A DNA stretch of 64,000 nt, from the NCBI GenBank assembly GCA_959604655.1, contig CAUHCL010000001.1, forward strand, positions 954-64,953, given 5' to 3'. The DNA is from an uncultured Alistipes sp. Its GTDB lineage: Bacteria; Bacteroidota; Bacteroidia; Bacteroidales; Rikenellaceae. Shown here piece by piece: positions 27,996 to 37,512 of this stretch; within the stretch, counting starts at the first letter, position 1, and every line of letters begins with the position of its first letter. A program made the translations under genes and the position numbers. The notes beneath the pieces were generated by a model. That model ran no database searches, was not told where the DNA came from, and saw nothing but the letters and a program-made list of their open reading frames with translations.

Positions 27996-28003
27996 CAAAG
28001 ATA
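27996..28003 (-). promoter_or_regulatory. Bacteroidota -7 promoter box for the tracr/array transcript
   Basis: TATCTTTG on the minus strand, 3 nt after the cas stop codon; -33 box weak. Confidence 0.65.
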
Positions 28004-28005
28004 GC

Positions 28006-29496
28006 TTATTTTTTCGTATTTTTCCTGCGATCGACGATTTTTTCGCTTTTCGCAATATTTCGCGCCGCATTCCAGTCGGCATTGATTCCTTTGTACGATC
28101 CGTCTTTGAGCTTTTTTCCTTTGCCTTTCTCGCATTCGGGGTTTTTGCAGATGAAATGCGGCTGGTCTGAACGTTGATCCGGCTCGTAATGACCGCAGAA
28201 ACTGCATATTTGGCTGGTGTGGTAGGGATTGACATAGCGCACCTCGATACCTGCCGCATGGGCTTTGTATTCGATCAACTGCTGCAATTCGAAATAAGAC
28301 CAGTTGCGGAGCAGAAATTTGCGGTCGTCCTTGACCTCACCGTTGCCGTCTCGGCCGAATCCCGTGAGACGTTCCATCTGGATTACCCCCGCATTGTTCT
28401 TGACGGCAAACTCAATGGCGCCCTTGCTGAAAATATGGTTCTGCAAACGCACCCAATTGCGCTCTTTTTCCTTGAAGCGTTCGAGTGCCTGCAATTTGTG
28501 GCCGCGGCCGCGACCTCCTGCCGTAGAGTTGCGCAGATTGGCTTGCAGTTCGTGCAGTTGTGCCTCCATACGCTTGCGCACATTCAGGAATTGGTCGCGC
28601 GAACCGATTTTCGACCTTGCGTATTCGTTGTCGTTCAGCGCTGCATACAACGGTATGTTGATGCCCAAGTCGATTCCTGCCACACGGTTCGGATCGAGGG
28701 AAACGTTCCGCTCCTTTGGGATCTTGACCACCAGAAGCAGGAACCGCTTGCGGCTTCGGGTCTCTTGAATCGATGAATCGCCGACATCGTATGTGCCGTT
28801 CAGTATACGTTCCACTATCTCGCGGTTGTTGCTTCTGTCGCGTCCGAAATCCAAATCCCACTCCAAATACCACTTTTGCCCTTTTTTCCCGGGAAGTCTA
28901 ACGAATATGGTACCGTCATCTCTTTTGCAAATCTGTAATTGGTCCCGTTTTATTGAGAACGGTACGGGCATGCCTTTCTTGAAGTTGGGGATGGCCCTTT
29001 CGCCGAACTTTATTTCGGTTTTATAACTATTGTATGTCTTAATTATATTCTGATTCAAACATGTCAGTATATTCGACGGTATTGAGTCTGAAAATTCATT
29101 GGTCGCCACATCGTATGTGGAGTTCTGCTCCGAACCTGTTCCGTCGGGATCGCCGCCGCGCAGAAATGTGAGGCGCTGTTCTCTGAACTCGCTCTCAAGT
29201 TGCTTGCGTTCGGCCTTAAGCTCCCTGACATAGGAGTCGGCCAATTTATCCTTTTGGGCTTTGCGAAGAATTTTTTTAATTTCTCCGTATCTCGGAGAGT
29301 GTACGCGCAGCCTCATTTCGTATTCATCGTTGAAAAAGCGGTGAGACACTATTCGGTTGGCCGCTTCGTAGAGATGGTCGTTGATTTCGTTCCAAGCGCG
29401 GTATTTTTCCTGAAGGAGTTCTTTCGATTCCTCGCTGTTGTCGTCACTGTGGAGATGAACTTCGATTTTGCGTGTTATTACTGTATATTCGGCCAT
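28006..29496 (-). CDS. cas12f: CRISPR-associated Cas12f/TnpB-like RuvC nuclease (type V-F-like), 496 aa
   Basis: RuvC-I GIDLG (D276), RuvC-II IQMERL (E375), NWSYFELQQLIEYKA, NPYHTSQICSFC..CKNPEC zinc ribbon, RuvC-III NADWNAARNI (D474); adjacent array. Confidence 0.88.
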   Translation of the reverse strand: MAEYTVITRKIEVHLHSDDNSEESKELLQEKYRAWNEINDHLYEAANRIVSHRFFNDEYEMRLRVHSPRYGEIKKILRKAQKDKLADSYVRELKAERKQLESEFREQRLTFLRGGDPDGTGSEQNSTYDVATNEFSDSIPSNILTCLNQNIIKTYNSYKTEIKFGERAIPNFKKGMPVPFSIKRDQLQICKRDDGTIFVRLPGKKGQKWYLEWDLDFGRDRSNNREIVERILNGTYDVGDSSIQETRSRKRFLLLVVKIPKERNVSLDPNRVAGIDLGINIPLYAALNDNEYARSKIGSRDQFLNVRKRMEAQLHELQANLRNSTAGGRGRGHKLQALERFKEKERNWVRLQNHIFSKGAIEFAVKNNAGVIQMERLTGFGRDGNGEVKDDRKFLLRNWSYFELQQLIEYKAHAAGIEVRYVNPYHTSQICSFCGHYEPDQRSDQPHFICKNPECEKGKGKKLKDGSYKGINADWNAARNIAKSEKIVDRRKNTKK

Positions 29497-29512
29497 AATG
29501 TCGGTTTTGTAA

Positions 29513-29520
29513 CAAAGTTA
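29513..29520 (-). promoter_or_regulatory. Bacteroidota -7 promoter box for cas12f
   Basis: TAACTTTG on the minus strand, 16 nt upstream of the ATG. Confidence 0.65.
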
Positions 29521-29575
29521 CGAAAATAAAACGGAACTATTTGCTTTAGGGTTGTCGTATTTATTTTGATATTTT

Positions 29576-29663
29576 GCGGCTCTTCGGAGCCGCGCGAGCC
29601 GCAGCCTCGCCCCGCGGAGGCTCGCTATTCGCTCTCTCCGCAGGCTACGGCTCGCCATTACAA
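29576..29663. repeat. Family B structured intergenic repeat (88 bp)
   Basis: Near-identical to 49040-49127: gcggctc-ttcg-gagccgc hairpin, then gcgagccgcagcct...aggctacggctcgc stem, ending attacaa. Confidence 0.88.
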
Positions 29664-29764
29664 GCCGAAATAGAATAAAATACATTTACGGCTGTCGGAC
29701 GGGAATAAAAAGCGTGCGGCAATATCCTCGAATATTGCCGCACGTATCTTTCGGAACGATTGGG

Positions 29765-30880
29765 TTACTCCGCCACTTTTATGAGCTGCTGCAAGGCGAT
29801 GGAGAGTTCCGAGTTCTCCATGATGCCCTTGATGGCGTCGGCGCCCGCACCGTAGAGATATACGGGGAGCATCACGCCCGTGTGGCTCGACGTACCGAAA
29901 CTGTAATTTATGCCGCTCTCGGGCAGCGTGAAGTCGGTCTTGTTGCTCGGGATCGACAGACCCGAGGTCTCGTGATCGGCGCATACCACAACCAGTGTAT
30001 TGGGATGGGTGTCGGCATAATCCATCGCCACTTTGACGGCGGCTTCGAAATCGCGCATCTCGTCCAACATGCCTTCGAGGTCTTTGGCGTGCGAGCGGTA
30101 GTCGATCTGCGAACCTTCGACCATCATGACGAATCCCTTCTTCTTGTCGGCCTTGACGTCGGCGGTGAGTATCTCCAGAGCCTTTTCGGTGGCGCGGGCG
30201 AGGTAGTCGCCGCGGCCCTCCTTAAGGGTGGGCAGGTTCTCTTCGGCGAAGAGTCCAACCACCTTGCCCGAGGTCACGCCGTCCATCTCCTTCAGGTCGA
30301 AAAGCACATTGTAACCCTCGGCCTTCAGCAGGTCGACGTAGTTCTTGCCGCTCTCCTTGTAGGCCTTGTTGAATATCTTGCGGCCGCCGCCGAATGCCAC
30401 GTCGATGCCGCTCTCCATGAAGTCGTACGAGATCTTGTTAGACTCGTTGCGGTTGTTCACGTGGGCGTAGAATGCCGCGGGGGTGGCGTGCTGGAGGTAG
30501 CACGTGACGACCAGACCCGTGGCGAATCCCTTCTTCGAAGCCTTGGCGATGATCGATTCGACATCCTTGCCGTCGGAAGTCATGCCCAGGGTTCCGTTGT
30601 CGGTCTTGACGCCTGCCGCGAGAGCCGTACCCGCAGCTGCCGAGTCGGTCACGCGGTTGTTGGCCGAATAGGATTTGATGAGGGCGACGTTATGCACCCT
30701 GTCGAACGCCGTGGGTGCGTATTTGCCCTCGATCTGCAACATCGAGACGTGGCACAGCCCCATTCCGTCGCCTATCATGTAGATTATGTTGTCGACTTTA
30801 GGTTGCTTCTGCGTTTTCTTGGCATCGGCCCCCTGAAACGCGACGAAAGAGAGTAAAACGAATAAAAATAGCCTTTTCAT
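29765..30880 (-). CDS. Alkaline phosphatase
   Basis: IGDGMG, VTDSAAAGTA, HATPA, VEGSQID..SH, ADHET; signal peptide from ATG 30880. Confidence 0.93.
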   Translation of the reverse strand: MKRLFLFVLLSFVAFQGADAKKTQKQPKVDNIIYMIGDGMGLCHVSMLQIEGKYAPTAFDRVHNVALIKSYSANNRVTDSAAAGTALAAGVKTDNGTLGMTSDGKDVESIIAKASKKGFATGLVVTCYLQHATPAAFYAHVNNRNESNKISYDFMESGIDVAFGGGRKIFNKAYKESGKNYVDLLKAEGYNVLFDLKEMDGVTSGKVVGLFAEENLPTLKEGRGDYLARATEKALEILTADVKADKKKGFVMMVEGSQIDYRSHAKDLEGMLDEMRDFEAAVKVAMDYADTHPNTLVVVCADHETSGLSIPSNKTDFTLPESGINYSFGTSSHTGVMLPVYLYGAGADAIKGIMENSELSIALQQLIKVAE

Positions 30881-30959
30881 AAAGATTCGATGGTTTTTAT
30901 GGTTCAAAGTTATGATCTTTTTCGTATTTTTACAAAGCAAAAATTAAAGATTTTTTTAC

Positions 30960-31622
30960 ATGAATGTCAAGATAGCAGAGGACTGGAAAGAGATATTGCA
31001 GGGTGAATTCGACAAACCTTACTTCGAGGAACTGACGCGTTTCGTAAGGGCGGAATACTCTGCCGCACAGATATTTCCCGCGGGCCGCAACATATTCCGA
31101 GCGTTCGACAAATGCCCGTTCGAGACGCTGAAGGTGGTGATTATCGGGCAGGACCCCTATCACGGCGTGGGGCAGGCCAACGGGCTTTGTTTCTCGGTGA
31201 ACGACGGGGTGCCGTTCCCGCCCTCGTTGCAGAACATATTTCAGGAGATACGCGACGACGTGGGCACTCCCGTGCCGTCGAGCGGAAACCTCGACCGTTG
31301 GGCCGAGCAGGGCGTGCTGCTCCTGAACTCGGTGCTGACGGTGCGGGCGCATCAGGCTGCGTCGCATGCGGGACGCGGATGGGAGCAGTTCACCGATGCC
31401 GTGGTGAGGATCATAGCCGAGCGCAAGCAGGAGCTGGTATACATGTTATGGGGCAGCTACGCCCAGCGCAAGGGCCAGATGGCCGACCCGACGCGGAATC
31501 TCGTTCTAAAGAGCGTGCATCCGTCGCCGCTTTCGGTCTATCGCGGATTCTTCGGATGCCGTCACTTCTCGCAGGCCAACGCCTATCTGGAGAGTGTGGG
31601 CAAGACGCCGATAGTGTGGTAA
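30960..31622 (+). CDS. ung: Uracil-DNA glycosylase
   Basis: GQDPYH, GLCFS, PPSL, HPSPLS. Confidence 0.97.
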   Translation: MNVKIAEDWKEILQGEFDKPYFEELTRFVRAEYSAAQIFPAGRNIFRAFDKCPFETLKVVIIGQDPYHGVGQANGLCFSVNDGVPFPPSLQNIFQEIRDDVGTPVPSSGNLDRWAEQGVLLLNSVLTVRAHQAASHAGRGWEQFTDAVVRIIAERKQELVYMLWGSYAQRKGQMADPTRNLVLKSVHPSPLSVYRGFFGCRHFSQANAYLESVGKTPIVW

Positions 31623-31626
31623 AAGG

Positions 31627-32127
31627 ATGAATGTTATGAATATACGTGAAGTGAGCGGCGAGGCGGACATACGCCGTCTGGTCAAGGTGGCGCGCGAGGT
31701 ATGGCGCGAGGCCAACGTGTCGTTCTGCTCGGCGGAGCAGGTGGAGTACATGATCGGGAAGTTTCAGAGTTTCGAGGCCGTGTCGGGGCAGATCATGCAG
31801 GGATACCGTTATTTCCTCGTCGAGGAAGATGGCGCGATAACGGCCTATTTCGGCGTGCAGCCGCAGGGCGACCGACTGTTTTTGAGCAAGTTCTATATCC
31901 GCAAGGAGAACCGCGGGCGGGGAATATTCTCGCTCGGCATGGGATTCATGAAGACTCTTTGCCGCGAGGCGGGATTGTCGGCCATATATCTGACGGTGAA
32001 TCGTCACAACACGCATGCGTACGAGGTGTATCTGCATTCGGGGTTCAAGGTGATAGCCGAGGAAGTGAACGACATAGGCTGCGGATTCGTCATGGACGAT
32101 TATATAATGCAGGCGGAGGTGGGATAA
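31627..32127 (+). CDS. GNAT family N-acetyltransferase
   Basis: LSKFYI..RGRG, LTVNRHN..A...Y...GF, FVMDDYIM. Confidence 0.88.
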   Translation: MNVMNIREVSGEADIRRLVKVAREVWREANVSFCSAEQVEYMIGKFQSFEAVSGQIMQGYRYFLVEEDGAITAYFGVQPQGDRLFLSKFYIRKENRGRGIFSLGMGFMKTLCREAGLSAIYLTVNRHNTHAYEVYLHSGFKVIAEEVNDIGCGFVMDDYIMQAEVG

Positions 32128-32132
32128 TAATC

Positions 32133-32228
32133 TCGACATTGCACTGCAATGTCGGCAGTTCGCCGCCACCCCGCGCGGCGGACTGCAACTCGCCGAGGCT
32201 CGTGCATTCCGTCGCTGTCGGCGAACTG
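32133..32228 (-). repeat. Family A dispersed palindromic repeat
   Basis: tcgacattgc-act-gcaatgtcggcagttcgccgccaccccgcgcggcggactgcaac...tcggcgaac (reverse orientation). Confidence 0.9.
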
Positions 32229-32283
32229 CTTCAGCCGCTGAAAACATTCCCGCCGAATCGTGGTTTTCGGCGGGAATGATTTT

Positions 32284-34305
32284 TTACTTCAACAGCTCCC
32301 CTATCGTCGTTTCGAGCGTATTGTCGTGCAACGGTGATCCGAGAGTACCTTTCATTATCTTTCCGTCGCGCCCGACCAGAATGTGGGTCGGATAGCCGCT
32401 TACCCCGAATTTGTCGACGAGCAATCCCATCTGTTCGTCGGGCAGGTTGAAATGGACGATGTTGGTGGCCGTAAGACCCGTTTCGCGAATGACGTTCAGC
32501 CAGCTGTTCTCGGGCGATCGGGCTGCGAAGAAGATGAAAACCGCATCCTTGTCGGCATACTTGCCTGCCATCTCCTTCATAGCGGGCAGCTCGGCGCGGC
32601 ACGGGGCGCACCACGTACCCCAGAAGTCGACGGAGATCACCTTGCCCTTGTAGGGCTCGGTCAGCGACCGCCACAACTGCTCGGCTTCGACGACCGAGGC
32701 GTATTCGCCCGATGCCATTATGCTCTCGGGGTTGTCGAAATCCATCCTTTCGAGTGCCCGATAGCGTTCGTTCTCGGCATCGATGCAGCGGCGGAGTATG
32801 GGATCGGTAACGTATTTGTCGAGTGCGGCCAGCCACGCCTCGCCTCTCGATCGCTTGTGGTATTTCAGATCCTTCATGAACAGATTGGCGATGCACATCT
32901 CCTTCAGAGATTCGTCGAGACCGCTCGACAATATTGGTTCCAGCGAATCGAGGATACCCATTCGCACATTCATGATCTCGTCGATGAAGTCGTTGCCGTG
33001 CTCTTCGACGAAACTACGCACATCGTCGCTCTCCCAAAGCGCGTTCAGTCCGTGCAGGGCCTCCTTGAATCCTTGCGGCCACTCCTCTTCGGGTAACGAA
33101 TTGGAGGTTACGGCTCTTATGCCGTTGCAAAAGGTCTCTGCCATCGCCGATTCCTCGTCGGACATGGGGCGGATGCCGCTCTCGTCCATGTATCGCAATG
33201 TTTCGACGATAGAGTAGAAACTTTTTTCCGTCACACGGATGCCCTTGCGAGCCGAAAAATAGACTTCGGGATTGCTCCACGCGATGCGGAACGGTCGGGG
33301 CAGCGATTGCGCGAGGCTGTCGATGTACGACGTGAAGGATTCGGGCAGGCGGTCGGTGCCGTTGCCTTTCAGGGCGAAATATCGTTGGGCCGCATTGTAG
33401 AGCGCGTCTTTCAGAACGAATGTTTCCTGCATCTCGATGAAACGTCGCGAAAGGCTGGGGTTGGCGGCCGCGTAGTCGGCAAGCAACCGCTTCCCGCGGG
33501 CATATACTTCATCGCGCACTCGGCCGAGGTACTCTTCGTGCGAGTCGCAGTCGTAATAGTTCAGATTCGGATAGCCGCCGTTATTGCGTATGTATTCGTA
33601 GAAAGCCGCATATTCGTTGTACGGCCGCGCGTAATCGCCCATCATGAGAAGGCGGCCGCTCCGATCGTCGAGGGTCAGCATTATCTTCTCGCCCGGGATG
33701 CAGTGCATCCACTCGAAAATTCGGCGTTTATCGCATTCTACCGTGAGCTCCGAAAATCCGACGCAGGGCAGTTTGGCGCTGAAACGCCCTCGGGAATCGG
33801 TGCGTGCGCGTGCGGGGTTGTATGTGTCGTCGTTATGCACGATGTTTCTTATCGTGATCTCCACTACGGTGCCCGCCTCTGTGTCTGGCAGATACCCCGC
33901 TATCTCGACCGAATCCGCGGTGAGCGGAATATCCTCGATCGGTCGGTTGTCCTTGCGCGTCGCGGCCACGTGCGACGAGGCTCGCACCAGAGGCGTTCTG
34001 CCGAAAAGCCCCTTTTTCGCACGGCACAGACTGTCGGCCGCTTCGTCGAGCTGAAGGACTATTTTCCGCGATTCGTCGTCGCGCTTCAGGGTTATGTCGG
34101 CTTGCGACGGAGTGACGGCCACCGACTCGTATTCCCAGAAATAGCGGTCGGCGATGGCGAAGTCGTCGTAAAATCCGTATGTCCACTCCCCCGTGCGGTG
34201 GTCGGTCCAGTTTCCTGCGATCTTTTCTATGGAGTCGGAAGCGTCATCGCGGGCGCATCCTGCCGCAGCGAGGATTGCCGCGAGGGCGATGCAGAATCGT
34301 TTCAT
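32284..34305 (-). CDS. Lipoprotein with C-terminal TlpA thioredoxin-like domain
   Basis: Lipobox AAAGC; C-terminal VDFWGTWCAPC and YP cis-proline motif. Confidence 0.85.
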   Translation of the reverse strand: MKRFCIALAAILAAAGCARDDASDSIEKIAGNWTDHRTGEWTYGFYDDFAIADRYFWEYESVAVTPSQADITLKRDDESRKIVLQLDEAADSLCRAKKGLFGRTPLVRASSHVAATRKDNRPIEDIPLTADSVEIAGYLPDTEAGTVVEITIRNIVHNDDTYNPARARTDSRGRFSAKLPCVGFSELTVECDKRRIFEWMHCIPGEKIMLTLDDRSGRLLMMGDYARPYNEYAAFYEYIRNNGGYPNLNYYDCDSHEEYLGRVRDEVYARGKRLLADYAAANPSLSRRFIEMQETFVLKDALYNAAQRYFALKGNGTDRLPESFTSYIDSLAQSLPRPFRIAWSNPEVYFSARKGIRVTEKSFYSIVETLRYMDESGIRPMSDEESAMAETFCNGIRAVTSNSLPEEEWPQGFKEALHGLNALWESDDVRSFVEEHGNDFIDEIMNVRMGILDSLEPILSSGLDESLKEMCIANLFMKDLKYHKRSRGEAWLAALDKYVTDPILRRCIDAENERYRALERMDFDNPESIMASGEYASVVEAEQLWRSLTEPYKGKVISVDFWGTWCAPCRAELPAMKEMAGKYADKDAVFIFFAARSPENSWLNVIRETGLTATNIVHFNLPDEQMGLLVDKFGVSGYPTHILVGRDGKIMKGTLGSPLHDNTLETTIGELLK

Positions 34306-34504
34306 CTCGGTAGTTGTTAGGGTTCGGGAACAAATATAGGAAAAATTATATCGTATCGTGCTATGTATAAGATAATATTATCGTTTTTACGAGGGGGGGG
34401 TAAGGCTTATACCCTGCCATATACGCTTCAAACTGTCGAAAAAAAGACTCGGAACACCCGTCGGCGGATGTTCCGAGCCACATTGTCGGCAGAGCGGGTT
34501 CCCG

Positions 34505-35365
34505 CTATCCCAGATAGGATTTCAGCAGCTTGCTGCGCGACGAATGGCGCAGGCGGCGGATGGCTTTCTCCTTGATCTGACGCACGCGCTCGCGCGTGAG
34601 GTCGAACTTCTCGCCGATCTCTTCGAGGGTCATCTCCGAACAGCCTATGCCGAAGAAATACTTTATGATATCGCGCTCACGCTCGGTGAGCGTCTCCAGC
34701 GCACGGTCCACCTCGGTCGACAGCGACTCGTTGATAAGACCGCGGTCGGCATTGGGCGAATCGGTGTTCACCAGCACGTCGAGCAGGCTGTTGTCCTCGC
34801 CGTCGGCGAAGGGGGCGTCCACCGATATGTGACGGCCCGCCACGCGCAGCGTATCCGACACCTTCTCCTTGGGGAGCGACAGCTCGTTGGCCAGTTCCTC
34901 GGGCGATGGGGTGCGCTCGTGCTCCTGCTCGAAGCGCGCGAAGGCCTTGTTTATCTTGTTAAGCGAACCCACCTGGTTCAGGGGCAGACGCACGATACGC
35001 GACTGCTCGGCCAGAGCTTGCAGAATCGACTGGCGGATCCACCACACGGCGTACGATATGAATTTGAAGCCTCGCGTCTCGTCGAATTTCTCCGCCGCCT
35101 TGATGAGTCCGAGGTTACCCTCGTTGATGAGGTCGGGCAGGCTGAGGCCTTGATTCTGATATTGTTTGGCCACCGACACCACGAAACGCAGATTGGCTTT
35201 CGTCAATTTGTCCAGCGCCTCCTGATCGCCTTTGCGTATGCGCTGGGCCAGTTCCACCTCTTCTTCTACCGTGATCAGATCCTCCTTGCCTATCTCCTGA
35301 AGATATTTGTCAAGCGACGCGCTCTCACGGTTGGTAATCGATTTAGTAATCTTTAACTGACGCAT
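34505..35365 (-). CDS. rpoD: Primary sigma-70 factor (short Bacteroidota type)
   Basis: [43 protein letters not shown]. Confidence 0.97.
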   Translation of the reverse strand: MRQLKITKSITNRESASLDKYLQEIGKEDLITVEEEVELAQRIRKGDQEALDKLTKANLRFVVSVAKQYQNQGLSLPDLINEGNLGLIKAAEKFDETRGFKFISYAVWWIRQSILQALAEQSRIVRLPLNQVGSLNKINKAFARFEQEHERTPSPEELANELSLPKEKVSDTLRVAGRHISVDAPFADGEDNSLLDVLVNTDSPNADRGLINESLSTEVDRALETLTERERDIIKYFFGIGCSEMTLEEIGEKFDLTRERVRQIKEKAIRRLRHSSRSKLLKSYLG

Positions 35366-35726
35366 ATTGTTATGTGTTTTATAATTTCTTCAAATAAAGT
35401 TCGAATAGTGTTTTCGCGGATTCGCCGTCACTTAAGATGAACCCGACTGTGATAATTACGTAATGCGACGACGTTTTGTTTCACCTAAAACGCTTTTTTC
35501 GCGAAATTCGACCCTATTCGAATCCCTCATATAACGTATCGCACATGGAAAAAATTCTGTTTGGACGGACTGTTTATCGTATATCCCGAGCCTGCAACGA
35601 CTTGACAGTGCAAATATCGCGCCCGAAAACCCGCCGCCGACCGTCGTCGGCCGCAACGAAAGAGGGCTCCCCGCGTTTTCACGCTCGGAAGCCCTTTTCC
35701 TGTTGTCAATGCGTCCGTTTACGCTG

Positions 35727-37007
35727 TTACCATGCGAAGAGCGGATACTCGGCCATCATGGCGTTCACGTCCTTGCGTACGGCCGCTATGTTTTCCTCGT
35801 TCTCGGGGTCGCGCAGCACGCGGTCGATAAGTTCCACTATGCCGTCCATCTTGTCCTCCTTCAGACCGCGGGTGGTGATGGCGGGGGTACCGAAACGCAG
35901 TCCCGACGTGAGGAACGGCGAGCGCGAGTCGAACGGCACCATGTTCTTGTTGGCCGTTATGTCGGCCGCCACGAGGCAGCGCTCGGCCAGCTTGCCCGTC
36001 AGCTCGGGGAACTTGGTGCGCAGGTCGATGAGCATGAGGTGGTTGTCTGTTCCGCCCGACACGACCTTGTAACCGCGCTTGGCGAATGCCTCGGCCATGG
36101 CCGCCGCATTCTTGCGCACCTGCTGCTGGTACTCCTTGTATTCGGGCTGCAACGCCTCGCCGAAGGCCACGGCCTTGGCCGCAATGACGTGCTCCAAAGG
36201 TCCGCCCTGGATGCCAGGGAACACGGCCGAGTTGATTATCTGCGACATCATCTTCACCGCGCCCTTGGGAGTGGTGAGGCCCCACGGGTTCTCGAAATCC
36301 TTGCCCATGAGGATTATGCCGCCGCGCGGGCCGCGCAGGGTCTTGTGGGTCGTAGAGGTCACGATGTGGGCGTACTTGACGGGGTTGTCGAGCACTCCCG
36401 CGGCGATGAGACCCGCCGTGTGGGCCATGTCGACCATCAGCAGCGCGCCTACCTTGTCGGCGATCTCGCGCATGCGCTTGTAATCCCACTCGCGCGAGTA
36501 GGCCGAGGCGCCGCCGACGATGAGCTTGGGTTTGTGCTCAAGAGCCTTGCGCTCCATGTCGTCGTAATCGATGGTACCCGTCTGCTCGTTCAAGGTATAC
36601 CCTATCGCGTTGAAATATTTACCCGACATGTTGACGGGAGAACCGTGCGAGAGATGGCCGCCGTGCGAAAGGTCGAGGCCCATGAAGGTGTCCCCGGGTT
36701 GCAGCACCGCGAAGAATACCGCCATGTTGGCCTGAGCGCCCGAGTGGGGCTGCACGTTGGCGTACTCGGCGTCGTAGAGCTTGCAGAGGCGTTCGATGGC
36801 CAGGCGCTCCACCTTGTCGACGACCTCGCAGCCGCCGTAATAACGCGCCGCGGGGTATCCCTCGGCATATTTGTTGGTGAGCACCGATCCCATCGCCGCC
36901 ATGACCTCGTCGCTGACGAAGTTTTCAGAGGCTATAAGCTCGATGCCGCGCATCTGACGCGCACGCTCTTCGGCTATAAGGTCGAAAATCTGGGTGTCGT
37001 TTTTCAT
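35727..37007 (-). CDS. glyA: Serine hydroxymethyltransferase
   Basis: [26 protein letters not shown]. Confidence 0.98.
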   Translation of the reverse strand: MKNDTQIFDLIAEERARQMRGIELIASENFVSDEVMAAMGSVLTNKYAEGYPAARYYGGCEVVDKVERLAIERLCKLYDAEYANVQPHSGAQANMAVFFAVLQPGDTFMGLDLSHGGHLSHGSPVNMSGKYFNAIGYTLNEQTGTIDYDDMERKALEHKPKLIVGGASAYSREWDYKRMREIADKVGALLMVDMAHTAGLIAAGVLDNPVKYAHIVTSTTHKTLRGPRGGIILMGKDFENPWGLTTPKGAVKMMSQIINSAVFPGIQGGPLEHVIAAKAVAFGEALQPEYKEYQQQVRKNAAAMAEAFAKRGYKVVSGGTDNHLMLIDLRTKFPELTGKLAERCLVAADITANKNMVPFDSRSPFLTSGLRFGTPAITTRGLKEDKMDGIVELIDRVLRDPENEENIAAVRKDVNAMMAEYPLFAW

Positions 37008-37512
37008 AGCAATCACGATTTGAATTTTATGAGTGCAAAGATACGCATAAGTGACGGCAAAAGCAAGCCCGCTTGCATTTTGCCAAGCTGCGATATCGAC
37101 TTATTGCATAAAAAACGGACGGTCGGGCGATGCATTATTCGCCGAGGGTGCGGGTGAACGCAGGCCACGTAATGACGGGTGACTTCATTTTTGGCGGGCC
37201 GCGATGCGAAAATGTCGGTAATCACTGCTGTTTTTACCGATTGAGGACAGAATTCGGTTTTCGGGCCGCAGATTCGGCCCGCGCGACTTCGGTGAGTGCA
37301 AAAACGGAATCATAATTTATAATTCGTTCCGACTGCATCCCGAGCGGTAATGCCGCCATATTCAGACACTATGCGTCGATACGAAATACGGGCGAAGCGA
37401 AATTATTAAAAAAAATCTATATCAAAACGTGAAGTCATTAAATCATTAAGCGTTGCGCGCATCCCGAAATAAACCGATAATTTTGTTATCGTAAACCGTA
37501 AAACTACACCAA

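Noticed and set aside
28006..29496. Plain IS605/IS1341 TnpB insertion sequence
   Set aside because: No tnpA or evident IS ends, longer than typical TnpB, and directly coupled to an array with matching anti-repeat segments.
34505..35365. Sigma factor 5 kb from cas12f as a dCas12f-sigma partner
   Set aside because: It is the housekeeping RpoD, not an ECF sigma. Four unrelated genes separate it from cas12f, and the Cas12f catalytic residues are intact.
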